Shown piece by piece: positions 51,484 to 61,876 of a stretch of 64,000 nt of DNA. Under the pieces are notes generated by a model. That model made no database searches. It was given only the letters and a program-made list of their open reading frames with translations, and was not told the origin of the DNA. A program made the position numbers and the translations under genes. Numbering within the stretch: the first letter of the stretch is position 1; every line of letters starts with the position of its first letter. Where the stretch lies: positions 34,936 to 98,935 of IMG/VR virus record IMGVR_UViG_3300028603_000025. The stretch is one strand, 5' to 3'. This DNA is from a virus (lineage: Duplodnaviria > Caudoviricetes).

Positions 51484-51491
51484 TATTTATA
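51484..51491 (-). promoter_or_regulatory. T4-type late promoter
   Basis: TATAAATA upstream of gp20. Confidence 0.85.
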
Positions 51492-51591
51492 CAAACGAGG
51501 CGGGATGACTAAAGAAGAATCAGGAAAGAAATATGGAAAGTTCAATCCTGATTTAAATGAAGAAGAAAACGCTTACTTGAACGTTTGGGTA

Positions 51592-52179
51592 TTAAAACTG
51601 AGCTGACCCGCCTATATTGGTGCCAAGATTTATTCCTACTCCTCCACCAGATTGTGAGAAAGTGTATGTTTGATAACGTAGGGTAACGGTAGTGCTGGAT
51701 ACCTGAGAGTTCATGTCGAATCCGAGTACTACCTCGCCCACGTTAATCGGGAATGCATCGAATAGTTTATATGCCTTCAGAACTCTTCCGTTACGGTCTA
51801 GTTGATAGATATCTACATCGCGCATATAGGCAGAAGGATTGGTTTGTCCGAATTTCTGAATGAGATTTTCTTGCCCATTGACCCACTGCTCAAACGCAGT
51901 ACGTAAAACCATGGAGTCGTCGTTATAGAAAGCAATGGTCATGGGCTGAAATACTAAATCACCAGTCATATGGAATTCGCGCCCACGGTATAGCACTGTC
52001 GCGGGACTCATATCTAGACCTGGTAAAGTAGCATTGTGTATCAAAAACGGTGCCCGTTGCGTAGCCTGGGATGCAGTAGGAACAAACGAAGGAAATGACA
52101 GACTTACCATGAATTGGTTTGGTCTGGCTCCTCCGTTACCGATAGAAGAACGAAACTGGTTGATATTAAACGTGGTCAT
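51592..52179 (-). CDS. gp19: tail tube protein
   Basis: GGARPNQF, LPG, YRGR...GD, RTAFEQW, QLDRNG and FPINVGE. Confidence 0.96.
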   Translation of the reverse strand: MTTFNINQFRSSIGNGGARPNQFMVSLSFPSFVPTASQATQRAPFLIHNATLPGLDMSPATVLYRGREFHMTGDLVFQPMTIAFYNDDSMVLRTAFEQWVNGQENLIQKFGQTNPSAYMRDVDIYQLDRNGRVLKAYKLFDAFPINVGEVVLGFDMNSQVSSTTVTLRYQTYTFSQSGGGVGINLGTNIGGSAQF

Positions 52180-52222
52180 CTGTTATAATCCTATAGTCTT
52201 ATCGAAAATTCGTATACATTAC

Positions 52223-52230
52223 TATTTATG
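52223..52230 (-). promoter_or_regulatory. late promoter variant
   Basis: CATAAATA upstream of gp19. Confidence 0.7.
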
Positions 52231-52545
52231 AAAAAGAACAAATTTAGAAGGCTGCAACGAGAACAAGATGCTTATTTAAAGGAGGCGCACGATAAGCTGG
52301 AGGAACTGCTCCGGAAAATGGACCCATATGATATGTTGCGGTTCCTTTTCATTCTTCCGATAGGGGAATACGCCGAAGAAGCAACATTAATGATTTGGGA
52401 AATGCGAAAAGGGAAAGACCTTGACTGGATAATCAGAAATAATTTACCCGATTCGCTTGACGTATTCAATCACATGAAGATAAGAATGGCACTTGTTGAA
52501 ATGAAGAATGAATTCATTCGATTACGATTGTGTCCTTTAGATTAA
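52228..52545 (+). CDS. hypothetical protein
   Basis: 105 aa ORF opposite to the structural block. Confidence 0.5.
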   Translation: MKKNKFRRLQREQDAYLKEAHDKLEELLRKMDPYDMLRFLFILPIGEYAEEATLMIWEMRKGKDLDWIIRNNLPDSLDVFNHMKIRMALVEMKNEFIRLRLCPLD

Positions 52546-52951
52546 ACTCTCCCTCCACCGATTCGATCATATGATACTGGGTCTTTGAATCGCGTGGCGA
52601 ATACTTGCCTTTCGGAAGAGTAGTCTCTACTTTGATTCGTTTCTCTTCAGGAATGTGCTGAACCACGATAGCCTGATTATACTTCTTGGAATGGATGATG
52701 TAATGTCCGTGTTCCTTGTCCTTTAATGCAGCCGCCATTCTACCTTTAAAGTCGTCCCAGTTCCCTTTTGACATCTGCCCGTTTCGGTCAAGTTGCTGGG
52801 AAGGAGAATGAACTCCAACTTCAACAGAATAACCGCGATGTGTTCCGGATTGAAGTGGGGATAACTTTGCACGGGAAGCCTCTTCTGATTTGGAACGGGA
52901 AGGGAGGTTTTGTTCGATAAGGAAGAAAGATTTGAATGATAGCATGGTCAT
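52514..52951 (-). CDS. hypothetical protein, candidate internal head protein
   Basis: N-terminus MLSFKSFFLIE resembles a T4 capsid-targeting sequence. Confidence 0.6.
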   Translation of the reverse strand: MTMLSFKSFFLIEQNLPSRSKSEEASRAKLSPLQSGTHRGYSVEVGVHSPSQQLDRNGQMSKGNWDDFKGRMAAALKDKEHGHYIIHSKKYNQAIVVQHIPEEKRIKVETTLPKGKYSPRDSKTQYHMIESVEGEFNLKDTIVIE

Positions 52952-53025
52952 GGCGTGGAGATTTTGAATTGATTGGTATACATCTATTTATGAATAGAGT
53001 AAGAACGGAAAAAACTATACCAAAT

Positions 53026-54825
53026 CTAATCCATTACATAAACATTCTGTCCGCAATCCCATACCTTATACCACCCGTTTAACATCGCGTTCTCTTCTTC
53101 ACTCAATTCAAGATCAAATCGTTTCATGGTTTTTTCCTGATTCTTCTTACTCATCTGCAGACGATGTTTTCTTTGCATATTTTTGTTGACGTAAAAATAA
53201 CCAGGCTTCGTCCTGTTGATCAAAGCAAATCCGATTTTCTCGTAAAATCCGCTATCACCCCTTGTCCTATTGCTATAACTCATAATCGATGATGGCGCAT
53301 ACTCTTCCCTGAATTTCTTTAACATCTTACCTCCGGCTCCGACCACGCTATAATTCATTTTGTTGGCGAACCGAATCATCTCCCATTCATATTTCTTATC
53401 AAATCTCGGTTTTCCGAATGTCATGACCGAGACAAGTTTATCTTCATAAAAGAGCCCATAATTAACTTTTGTATTGATTGCTCCTTGCAAATGGTTCATT
53501 TCCAGAAAACCAGATACTTCTCGATACAGTAGTTTTCTCAACTCACATTTTCTGGCGTAGATACGATTGCTTGTCTCGCCAAGAATGGAAGATAACATGG
53601 ATTCCACCAATGCCCGTTTGTTCTTCCATTCGTCCTCAAATACATGAACTAACCTGATTCCCTTTGATTCACATTCTTTAGTTTTCTCAAGATGGTAACT
53701 AGAATCCTTGAATTTGGAGCTATGCCAATATACACCATTAAACTCAATAGCTATTTTCTTATCGGGAATGTAAATATCCAGTTCCTTTCCTCCAAGAACT
53801 CCCCTGTCATTTTCTATCAAATCTATTCCGAGCGCATTAATGAAATCTATCAATTCCTTTTCTGGGTGGGAATACGGGTTCTTAATAGGAGGAAAGCAAA
53901 TAGGACATGTCGGGATATTCCCGTCCTCAAAATAATCAGAATACTCAGTCTGGCACTCCGCGCATCGAAACTCGAATCTGTAATAACGCTCTTTAGTATC
54001 CACGTACTCTTTTTCCTCGAACAGAAAGACGTGAGTATCTTTCAAGGCTCTTTTTCTTCTTTGATACGAATTAGCCTTTTTTGAGTTTCTTGCTCTATCT
54101 GAAATACCATGCGACATAGACACATTCTCGACCCCGTATCTCTCGATATTAGTCTCTTTCTGTCTAAGTAATACCTCTTCAGTCTGAAGATGGTGTTCAG
54201 TCCCGTATTTCTTTAGATTCGTCTTCTTTGTTTTTTCGTGTTTATCTTCAGATTGTAGGTAATGGTCTACTCCGTATTTCTCTCGACATGTACTCTTTAC
54301 TGCATCCGAAAACTTCTTGGTCTTTGAATAATAATCAACCCCGTATCTATCCATACAGGTTTTCTTATACTTTTCTCTTATCCTCTTCCATTCTTCTTCG
54401 TTCGTATTTGCTTTGGTCTCCTTGATTTTGGTTTTAAAGTCTTCGTGTTTGCTATAATGTTCTACACCGTACTTTTCAACAATAGACACCTTCAATCTTT
54501 CTTTGATGATGTCGTTCTGCATAGGATTGGTGACTCCGTACCTATCCATGCATGTTTTCTTTGCTTTTTCCTGACCTTCTTTGATTGCACAGCCGGAACA
54601 TAGTTTGTTATATCCCTCTGACATGGACAAAAATCTGGTTATTGGTTCTCCGCATGAACACAAAGGCCGCTCGTCCATATCATGTAGTAATAGGTACGCT
54701 TTCTCTTTAGTTGATAAGTCCCGGCCATCGTCCTTGAAGAACTCTTCTATTTCTTTAGAGCGTTCTCCCCGAAGCCTTCCCAGCTTGTTGATATATTTTG
54801 ATTTGAATTCTTCTTTTTTATCCAT
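53026..54825 (-). CDS. Hef-like free-standing homing endonuclease
   Basis: About 6 KTCxxRYGV repeats, zinc ribbon, ELDIYIP..IAIEFNGVYWHS, IYARKC, NHLQG and WDCGQ; between gp18 and gp19. Confidence 0.82.
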   Translation of the reverse strand: MDKKEEFKSKYINKLGRLRGERSKEIEEFFKDDGRDLSTKEKAYLLLHDMDERPLCSCGEPITRFLSMSEGYNKLCSGCAIKEGQEKAKKTCMDRYGVTNPMQNDIIKERLKVSIVEKYGVEHYSKHEDFKTKIKETKANTNEEEWKRIREKYKKTCMDRYGVDYYSKTKKFSDAVKSTCREKYGVDHYLQSEDKHEKTKKTNLKKYGTEHHLQTEEVLLRQKETNIERYGVENVSMSHGISDRARNSKKANSYQRRKRALKDTHVFLFEEKEYVDTKERYYRFEFRCAECQTEYSDYFEDGNIPTCPICFPPIKNPYSHPEKELIDFINALGIDLIENDRGVLGGKELDIYIPDKKIAIEFNGVYWHSSKFKDSSYHLEKTKECESKGIRLVHVFEDEWKNKRALVESMLSSILGETSNRIYARKCELRKLLYREVSGFLEMNHLQGAINTKVNYGLFYEDKLVSVMTFGKPRFDKKYEWEMIRFANKMNYSVVGAGGKMLKKFREEYAPSSIMSYSNRTRGDSGFYEKIGFALINRTKPGYFYVNKNMQRKHRLQMSKKNQEKTMKRFDLELSEEENAMLNGWYKVWDCGQNVYVMD

Positions 54826-54858
54826 CTATGTATTTTAACACGTCTATCCAAAAAGACA

Positions 54859-54896
54859 AAACAAAAAAGGCCAGAATAGACTGACCTTTTTTGTTT
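54859..54896. terminator. bidirectional terminator after gp18
   Basis: aaacaaaaaagg(c)cag...ctg(a)ccttttttgttt. Confidence 0.75.
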
Positions 54897-54914
54897 CCGT
54901 CTACTTAAATCCAG

Positions 54915-56600
54915 TTAACCGTTAGTGGTCAACTCCTCAAAGTTAACACCTGAACGAGTTGCAACGAAGTTCAAGGTAATCGAATTAATGCTCTTATTCG
55001 GAGTAACCATGATTGTTGCTACAAATTCGTTCCGGTCAATTACTTCAGGAGTATTATTCGTCTCGTCACAGATTACTCTGAATGCCTGAATACCTCTTCG
55101 GCCCTGAACGTCACGCAAGAAAGGAGATACCATGTTCACGAATGCGCTTCTTGTGAACCCGTCATTAAACTCGAATAGTTGAAACTTAGCCGCACTCGCA
55201 ATCGCTTTCTCCAGAACAATGAACAGCCTTCTTACGTTGATTCTATCAAACGCTGACGGTTTAGCCAGTAAAGTTCTATCCCCATACAATACTGTTCCAT
55301 TACCCGGAAACGATACTACAGGATTAATTCCTTTCGGATAAATCAGGTCACGTTCTGTTCTGTTTGGACTAAACGCCAAACGCAACACGTTTTTAATCTG
55401 TCCCCGATTCAATCCAGCAGGACTCCACCACGGGTCATTCGTATAATCGGTTCTGGCCATGCAGCCTGCGACATCCCCGTTCAAAGGAACATACAGATAT
55501 ACGTCACGGTATCTGTCGTACTGATACTTCCAGCCTGAATCCAAGACTGCATATGATGTTGAAGGTAACGAACCGCGATAATCAACCACGTCTTGGGCTT
55601 CTGTCCCCACGTTATCAAATACGTCTGATAATTCAGGAGACAAGCATACGATACAGTCTTTACGTTTCTCAGCAATATTGTTAATCACGAACAACTGGGT
55701 AACCAACGAAGCCGCTCCGACAGGAATCAAGGAGATATCGTATTTCTCATCATTCGCAAACAGCTCCCACGTATTATTCAGGTTTCCGTCTGTTACGTCG
55801 TTTCCGTCATTCCCGCCCCGCAGAACTACGTCTACCGAAGCAATCAGGCTGGTATAGCTGGTATTAAATGCTGAACTTCCCCAGTTTGTCATGTTCTCCG
55901 GATGGTCCATCCACCAGACATATTTCGATCGGTTATTAATAACAGTCTTGTAATACTGGGAGGTGCCGTCTGCCTGACGTGCATCAGAAGCCTTGGATAG
56001 GAACTGGAATTTCTCCAGAATGGTTCCGGGGGTTCCTGTCCACAACCCCAGCTCATCAATAACGATTACGTGAAGTTCGTCGTTGTCACCTTGGAGGTTT
56101 GCGACGTAATCAGAAGTACCAGGAACGTTATCAAACAGGCTTTCAAAATCCCAGCCTACAAAAGTAGCCGAGTCTGCCATTGATACACGAATAGAGTTTC
56201 CTAGCTTGCCCGGATATTTTGCGCAGAACTCCCCGACTGCAGCTTCCCCGTTAACATAGGTAGAGAGATAATGGTCTTCGTTCTTTACAAACACGGTTAC
56301 GTTTGCGTCAACGTTTGCCACTGAGTTTTTTGCGGTTCCGTGATTAACCGAACGGACAACCAACATACTGTTAGTGTAGGCAAGAAAGTTAGCGGCAGTA
56401 AAGAAAGATATCGCGGTGTTTGCGTCTGGTTTATTAAAGGTAGATACCAGGGTTTGTTCGTTATCAATCAGTCTTGGTTCATCAACAGGTCCCCATTGAA
56501 ATGTACCAGCATATGCTCCGGTAGAAGCAGAAACCCCAGGAATGATTCCCGACAAGTCGGTTTCGGTTATGTTCACCGACGGTGAAAGTGCGAATGCCAT
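54915..56600 (-). CDS. gp18: tail sheath protein
   Basis: LSPSV...E.D, FQWGP, AANFL.Y, AKYPG, WWSPAGLNRG, INPVV.FPG, GDRT and SAFDRINVRRLF. Confidence 0.98.
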   Translation of the reverse strand: MAFALSPSVNITETDLSGIIPGVSASTGAYAGTFQWGPVDEPRLIDNEQTLVSTFNKPDANTAISFFTAANFLAYTNSMLVVRSVNHGTAKNSVANVDANVTVFVKNEDHYLSTYVNGEAAVGEFCAKYPGKLGNSIRVSMADSATFVGWDFESLFDNVPGTSDYVANLQGDNDELHVIVIDELGLWTGTPGTILEKFQFLSKASDARQADGTSQYYKTVINNRSKYVWWMDHPENMTNWGSSAFNTSYTSLIASVDVVLRGGNDGNDVTDGNLNNTWELFANDEKYDISLIPVGAASLVTQLFVINNIAEKRKDCIVCLSPELSDVFDNVGTEAQDVVDYRGSLPSTSYAVLDSGWKYQYDRYRDVYLYVPLNGDVAGCMARTDYTNDPWWSPAGLNRGQIKNVLRLAFSPNRTERDLIYPKGINPVVSFPGNGTVLYGDRTLLAKPSAFDRINVRRLFIVLEKAIASAAKFQLFEFNDGFTRSAFVNMVSPFLRDVQGRRGIQAFRVICDETNNTPEVIDRNEFVATIMVTPNKSINSITLNFVATRSGVNFEELTTNG

Positions 56601-56620
56601 GTTTGTTTCCTTATAAGTAA

Positions 56621-57241
56621 TTATGAACGTTCATATCTATTTATCAATTTATAGAATCGTCCAAATCTTAACTTCCTGTCGTCCAGCCCGTTCAGGCCCC
56701 CGTTAATTCTTCTGGTCAGGGCATCTATGTTATTCCCGTCTGCAAGAACGTTCAGCTTATTCTTGTCCCAGAACCAAAGGGCCGATAGCATTCCGTATAG
56801 TGGTTGATGTAATAGTTGCGGATGTTCCAGTAGAATTTCATCCCCGAATAAATCTATACTACATTCCCGGTAATTATTCTTGCCGGTTAACTGCAAAGGT
56901 CCTCCGCCCCGATACTTCCATCCGTCTCCCGAACGTTCATTACCGTTTCCCATTCTGTTTGCGTACACCCGATTAGCAATTGCTTCTGGTCGTCTGGCAT
57001 ACACGATTGCTTGTTCTGGAGTAAAGTACTTTGAAAATACTCTTCTTAGTCCTTCAGAAGAATAGTTCATGTTCTCCTTCATGGCCTTGAAGTCATTACT
57101 TTCATGCGACACTTGGGCAAGGAAATGTGATATCCTTAACTTAGTATTCACTCCAAAGTCAGGAAGGGTTTCAAATGCATCAAACCATTCTTCCTTTAGG
57201 TGAGGGAATAGTTCAGATATTTGTTCGGGGGTCAAAATCAT
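56621..57241 (-). CDS. glycoside hydrolase family 19 endolysin
   Basis: HFLAQVSHES, ENMNYS, ANRVYANRMGNG, DGWKYRGGG..QLTGKNNY and INGGLNGLDDR. Confidence 0.93.
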   Translation of the reverse strand: MILTPEQISELFPHLKEEWFDAFETLPDFGVNTKLRISHFLAQVSHESNDFKAMKENMNYSSEGLRRVFSKYFTPEQAIVYARRPEAIANRVYANRMGNGNERSGDGWKYRGGGPLQLTGKNNYRECSIDLFGDEILLEHPQLLHQPLYGMLSALWFWDKNKLNVLADGNNIDALTRRINGGLNGLDDRKLRFGRFYKLINRYERS

Positions 57242-57570
57242 TCGTCAGGACTCTTGAATTTCTTTTGGTCTTTGACGTAAGCTGGGTTACCAGTATCGCG
57301 GGATATGGTCTCATATTCATCAGAATATTTCCATCTGCGCATATGAGAAGGAATCCTCCCGATAAGTTTCTCTGCTTTTGGTACGTGTTCGGGCTTGACC
57401 CATCCGTTTATATCCAGAAGGTGACCGATTTTGTGATTTATTTCTTCAGGGGTTCCTTCGGTCTTTTTAGGAACATTCATTACTGTTTTCGGGGTAGCCG
57501 GGTTTTGGTGATAAGTCGGGTATGAAGTTGGGTGGAGAATGTTCTCCATCAATTCGTCGAATTTAATCAT
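57238..57570 (-). CDS. hypothetical protein, candidate internal head protein
   Basis: MIKFDELMEN leader; AAGGA RBS; AATAAATA at 57674-81 upstream. Confidence 0.55.
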   Translation of the reverse strand: MIKFDELMENILHPTSYPTYHQNPATPKTVMNVPKKTEGTPEEINHKIGHLLDINGWVKPEHVPKAEKLIGRIPSHMRRWKYSDEYETISRDTGNPAYVKDQKKFKSPDE

Positions 57571-57689
57571 GATTTCCTTTGGTTCCTCGTATATTTAAGA
57601 ATACCTTCAGAAGGCATCAGAATGCGATTCTGGAGGTCTGAATGTGAATTAATAGGTAGAATAGTCTTTTAACTATTTATTAATATTGA

Positions 57690-58436
57690 CTACCATCTAT
57701 CATCCTGTTCGAAGATATTTGCGAACCAACCACTTATTCCCGATCGACAATTATCATCGGGAGTAAAATGAATAACTGAAATATCCTGGTGGTGTATATT
57801 CGTTAACGTATCGATAAGCATCCGAAGTCCGTTCTTCCCTGGTAGCGCTGACTGAATCGGGTCTCCTGCTATGATTAACTGGCTACCATCCTCCAGTCGA
57901 GTAACTAGTGCCTTGACTTGTGCAGGAGTGGCGTTCTGAAGTTCGTCTGCCAACACTATGGTTCTATCATTGAATGATAAACCTTGAATTTTCTCAATAG
58001 GGACGATATTGATTCCCGAAATGTCCCTGAATAGAAGGTCATCTGGAGTGTTCTTTAATGCAGCCTGAAGAACATTTCCGCCTAAATACCGCTTAAATTT
58101 AAGTAACATGGACATCACAAACGGTAATAGCTTCTCAAAGTCAGATCCCGGAACCGCGCCGTAATCCTTCCCCAGATGTTGATAAGGTCTTGTAATCACC
58201 ACGGTATCCAGCTTACCTTCACGCCATAGCTTGGCGGCCCAATACGACATTAGTTCAGTTTTTCCTGTACCCGCACTTCCTGATAGGATGACAATCTGTT
58301 TCTGTGCAAAAGCTTGTAATGCTTGTTTCTGGGCCTCGTTCTTTGCAATCAGTGGGGGAATGAATCTGGATTCCTGGAACTTTTCTTTAATTTTGCGCAT
58401 CTTTGTCGTTTTTCCTCGAAAGTTATGAACTGACAT
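57690..58436 (-). CDS. phoH: PhoH-like ATPase
   Basis: GSAGTGKT, ITRP, GAVPG, IQGLSF, ADELQN and AGDPIQS. Confidence 0.92.
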   Translation of the reverse strand: MSVHNFRGKTTKMRKIKEKFQESRFIPPLIAKNEAQKQALQAFAQKQIVILSGSAGTGKTELMSYWAAKLWREGKLDTVVITRPYQHLGKDYGAVPGSDFEKLLPFVMSMLLKFKRYLGGNVLQAALKNTPDDLLFRDISGINIVPIEKIQGLSFNDRTIVLADELQNATPAQVKALVTRLEDGSQLIIAGDPIQSALPGKNGLRMLIDTLTNIHHQDISVIHFTPDDNCRSGISGWFANIFEQDDRW

Positions 58437-58449
58437 TTCGGACTCCTGT

Positions 58450-58695
58450 TTACGGATTGCGTGATAGTTTCTGATTCAGATTCGAATAAGGATTCCGGGA
58501 ATGAATTCTGGATAGGACTTCGTTGAACGCTCCGTTGGGTTTGGTTATCCCCAGTCTTACTGGGTCACCTATCGGAGGAGCAGAATCAAAGTATCTTTCA
58601 AGGTCTGGGTTGACAAAGGATTCGTAATCACTTATACTCATTTTCAAGGTTACGATTTCTTGGGTGGATTTGCTTTTGAAAGTGTAGATTGGCAA
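58450..58695 (-). CDS. FmdB-like small protein of T4-like phages
   Basis: TTG start giving MPIYTF; MSISDY...NP, GDPVRLG and FNEVLSRI; TATAAATA at 58752-59. Confidence 0.7.
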   Translation of the reverse strand: MPIYTFKSKSTQEIVTLKMSISDYESFVNPDLERYFDSAPPIGDPVRLGITKPNGAFNEVLSRIHSRNPYSNLNQKLSRNP

Positions 58696-58827
58696 GGGGA
58701 TACCTTTAAGTTGATTTATGGAGTGGTTGATAAAATGGGTTTCTATAAGACTATTTATAAACAAATGCGCGGAGCAATCCCCTTTCTTTTTAGATATGGG
58801 GTCGAGCCGCGCGGTTTAAAATAGTAG

Positions 58828-58856
58828 TTGATACCACATCAACACGCTTGTATTAT
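58828..58856 (+). promoter_or_regulatory. sigma70 early promoter upstream of the hsd cassette
   Basis: TTGATA-17 nt-TATTAT, followed by a cacatcaac leader and GAGGAG. Confidence 0.75.
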
Positions 58857-58891
58857 GCTTCACATCAACAACACAACGAGGAGAAAGAGCA

Positions 58892-59074
58892 ATGAGTCTA
58901 CGTGAAGGAGGTAGGTATGTGATAGATGCATACCTTGAACATGATGTTCTGAAGGAAGGGGACATTGTCACTTGCATAGCAGTGGACCCCATATTTAATA
59001 TACACGGGGAATTCGTTGACCAACGAGGAATCACCCATAGACTCTTTTCATACGATTTACTAGAGGAGAAATAA
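58892..59074 (+). CDS. hypothetical early protein
   Basis: GAGGAG RBS; 60 aa. Confidence 0.65.
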   Translation: MSLREGGRYVIDAYLEHDVLKEGDIVTCIAVDPIFNIHGEFVDQRGITHRLFSYDLLEEK

Positions 59075-59075
59075 A

Positions 59076-60671
59076 ATGATAATCAAACGAATTAAGAACA
59101 GGAACAACAGCATGACCAGCGCCCAACAACGTGCCGAACTCCACCGCAGCATCTGGCAAATCGCCAACGATGTGCGCGGTGCCGTCGATGGCTGGGATTT
59201 CAAGCAGTATGTGCTCGGTGCATTGTTCTATCGCTTTATCAGCGAGAACTTTGCCAGCTACATCGAAGCGGGTGACGACAGCATTCACTACGCAGAACTC
59301 CCGGATAACGTCATCACCGCAGACATCAAGGACGATGCGATCAAAACCAAAGGCTACTTCATCTACCCCAGCCAGCTGTTTGACAGGGTGGTCGCGAGTG
59401 CCGACACCAACGACAGTTTGAACACCGACCTGGCAGCGATTTTCTCTGCCATTGAAACCTCCGCCCTGGGCTACCCGTCCGAGCGCTACGTCCGTGGCCT
59501 GTTCGCCGACTTCGACACCACCAGCAACCGCCTGGGCAACACCGGCAAGGACAAGAACGCGCGCCTGTCCGCAGTGCTCAAGGGCGTGGCCGCGCTGGAT
59601 TTCGGCCGCTTCGACGAGGCCCACATCGACCTGTTCGGCGACGCCTACGAATTCCTGATTTCCAACTACGCAGCCAATGCAGGCAAGTCTGGGGGCGAGT
59701 TCTTCACGCCGCAGCAGGTCTCCAAGCTGATTGCCCGGCTGGCCATGCACGGGCAGAGCAGCATCAACAAGATTTACGACCCCGCCTGCGGTTCTGGCTC
59801 GCTGCTGTTGCAAGCCAAGAAGCAGTTTGACGCCCACCTCATCGAAGACGGCTTCTTCGGCCAGGAACTCAACCACACCACCTACAACCTGGCGCGGATG
59901 AACATGTTCCTGCACAACATCAACTACGACAAATTCAACATCCAGCTCGGCAATACCCTCATCGAGCCGCACTTTGGCGATGACAAGCCGTTCGATGCCA
60001 TCGTCTCCAACCCGCCGTATTCGGTGAAATGGATGGGCAGCGACGACCCGACTCTGATCAACGACGAACGCTTCGCCCCGGCCGGCGTGCTCGCGCCCAA
60101 GTCCAAGGCCGACTTTGCCTTCGTGCTGCACGCGCTTAGCTACCTTTCCAGCAAGGGGCGCGCTGCTATCGTCTGCTTCCCCGGCATCTTTTACCGGGGC
60201 GGTGCCGAGCAGAAAATCCGCCAATATCTGGTGGACAACAACTACGTCGAAACCGTGATCTCGCTGGCGCCCAACCTGTTCTACGGCACCGCCATCGCGG
60301 TGAACATCCTGGTGCTGGCGAAGAACAAGAAAGACACCACCACCACCCAGTTCATCGACGCCAGCGGGCTGTTCAAGAAGGGCACCAATAACAACCTGCT
60401 GCTGGATGAGCATATCGAACAAATCATGGCGGTGTTCGACAGCAAGGAAAACGTCGATCACTTTGCCAAATCGGTGCCGTTGGAAGATGTGGCTGCCAAC
60501 AACTACAACCTGTCGGTCAGCAGCTACGTGGAAGCCAAAGACAACCGCGAGGTGGTGGACATCGCCCAGCTCAATGCCGAACTGAAAACCACCGTTGCCC
60601 GGATCGATCAGCTGCGCAAGGACATTGATGCCATTGTGGCCGAGATTGAAGGCGGGGAGTTGGAGGCATGA
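59076..60671 (+). CDS. hsdM: type I restriction-modification methyltransferase subunit (bacterial start probably 59112)
   Basis: [43 protein letters not shown] and YNLSVSSYV; GC-rich codon usage. Confidence 0.97.
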   Translation: MIIKRIKNRNNSMTSAQQRAELHRSIWQIANDVRGAVDGWDFKQYVLGALFYRFISENFASYIEAGDDSIHYAELPDNVITADIKDDAIKTKGYFIYPSQLFDRVVASADTNDSLNTDLAAIFSAIETSALGYPSERYVRGLFADFDTTSNRLGNTGKDKNARLSAVLKGVAALDFGRFDEAHIDLFGDAYEFLISNYAANAGKSGGEFFTPQQVSKLIARLAMHGQSSINKIYDPACGSGSLLLQAKKQFDAHLIEDGFFGQELNHTTYNLARMNMFLHNINYDKFNIQLGNTLIEPHFGDDKPFDAIVSNPPYSVKWMGSDDPTLINDERFAPAGVLAPKSKADFAFVLHALSYLSSKGRAAIVCFPGIFYRGGAEQKIRQYLVDNNYVETVISLAPNLFYGTAIAVNILVLAKNKKDTTTTQFIDASGLFKKGTNNNLLLDEHIEQIMAVFDSKENVDHFAKSVPLEDVAANNYNLSVSSYVEAKDNREVVDIAQLNAELKTTVARIDQLRKDIDAIVAEIEGGELEA

Positions 60672-61876
60672 GCGGCAGGAACTTCTTGGAAAATCTGCTG
60701 GATGGGGGGGAAGTGGATTGGAAAGCGCTCGGCTCAGTGGTTGAAACTGTAACAGCGCCTTCAAAGCTAAAAGGTGACTCTTATCGCGCCACTGGGAAAC
60801 TTCCAATTATTGATCAAGGTATCGAATTCATCGCCGGCTACACTGATGAAGATGTAACTCCCGTTGAAGCTGGAGAGTATGTGATTTTTGGCGATCTTTC
60901 CGAGCACATAAAATACGTAGACTTTCCCTTCGTTCAAGGTGCTGATGGACTGAAAATTCTTAGGACTATTTCTGTCAATGCCAAGTACATCTACCATGCC
61001 TTCCTGAATTTCTACACCAAGGAATTGAACTACAAGCGGCATTGGTCAACTGCGCAGCAAACGGTAATTCCCATCCCCTGCCCGGACAACCCCAAAAAAT
61101 CGCTTGAAATCCAGGCCGAAATCGTTCGCATACTGGACAGCTTCACCGAGCTGACCGCCGAGCTGACCGCCGAGCTGACCGCCAGAAAAAAACAATACAA
61201 CTACTATCGCGACCAGTTGTTGAGTTTTGAGGAAGGGGAGGTGGATTGGAAGGCGTTGGAGGAAATTTCTAAGAAAATTTCATCTGGGGGAACTCCGAAG
61301 ACCGGAGTGGATGAATATTATGGTGGGGATATCCCGTGGCTACGCACGCAAGAAGTAGATTTCCGGGAAATATGGGATACGGGTGTCAAGATTACCGAGG
61401 CTGGAGTAAAAAACTCCAGTGCAAAATGGATCCCTGAGAACTGTGTAATTGTTGCAATGTATGGTGCTACTGTTGGGAAAATTGGCCTCAACAAGATTCC
61501 TGTGACCACAAATCAGGCGTGTGCAAACATAAATCTTGATGAGAAAGTTGCAAACTATCGTTATGTATTTCATTTTCTAACAAGCCAATATGAGTATATT
61601 AAATCACTAGGCACAGGTTCGCAGACAAACATAAATTTAGAGATCGTTAAGAAGCTGAAAGTGCCGATCCCTTTTGCTAATGAACCTGGAAGATCGCTCG
61701 CCGAACAAGCTCGCATAGTCGCCATCCTCGACAAATTCGATGCCCTCACCAGCTCCATCACCGAAGGCTTACCCCGCGAAATCGAGCTGCGCCAGAAACA
61801 ATACGCGTATTACCGCGACTTGTTGTTGAGCTTCCCCAAGCCTGCGGAGATCGAGGGCGAGGAGTCGAAGGTATGA
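60668..61876 (+). CDS. hsdS: type IC specificity subunit (two TRDs)
   Basis: [53 protein letters not shown] and [12 protein letters not shown]. Confidence 0.96.
   Translation: MSGRNFLENLLDGGEVDWKALGSVVETVTAPSKLKGDSYRATGKLPIIDQGIEFIAGYTDEDVTPVEAGEYVIFGDLSEHIKYVDFPFVQGADGLKILRTISVNAKYIYHAFLNFYTKELNYKRHWSTAQQTVIPIPCPDNPKKSLEIQAEIVRILDSFTELTAELTAELTARKKQYNYYRDQLLSFEEGEVDWKALEEISKKISSGGTPKTGVDEYYGGDIPWLRTQEVDFREIWDTGVKITEAGVKNSSAKWIPENCVIVAMYGATVGKIGLNKIPVTTNQACANINLDEKVANYRYVFHFLTSQYEYIKSLGTGSQTNINLEIVKKLKVPIPFANEPGRSLAEQARIVAILDKFDALTSSITEGLPREIELRQKQYAYYRDLLLSFPKPAEIEGEESKV

Noticed and set aside
44930-56585. Short + strand ORFs opposite gp23, gp22, gp21, gp20, gp19, gp18 and the endonuclease
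   Set aside because: They are antisense shadows of well-supported genes; only 52228-52545 lies mostly in a gap and was kept
58767-58812. GC-rich imperfect hairpin (gcgcgg...ccgcgc) between divergent promoters as a possible ncRNA
   Set aside because: It is short and interrupted, with no family features, and cannot be supported beyond a possible hairpin
59031-60806. 591-aa ORF antisense to hsdM
   Set aside because: It is a shadow ORF produced by the GC-rich codon bias of hsdM and has no recognisable motifs
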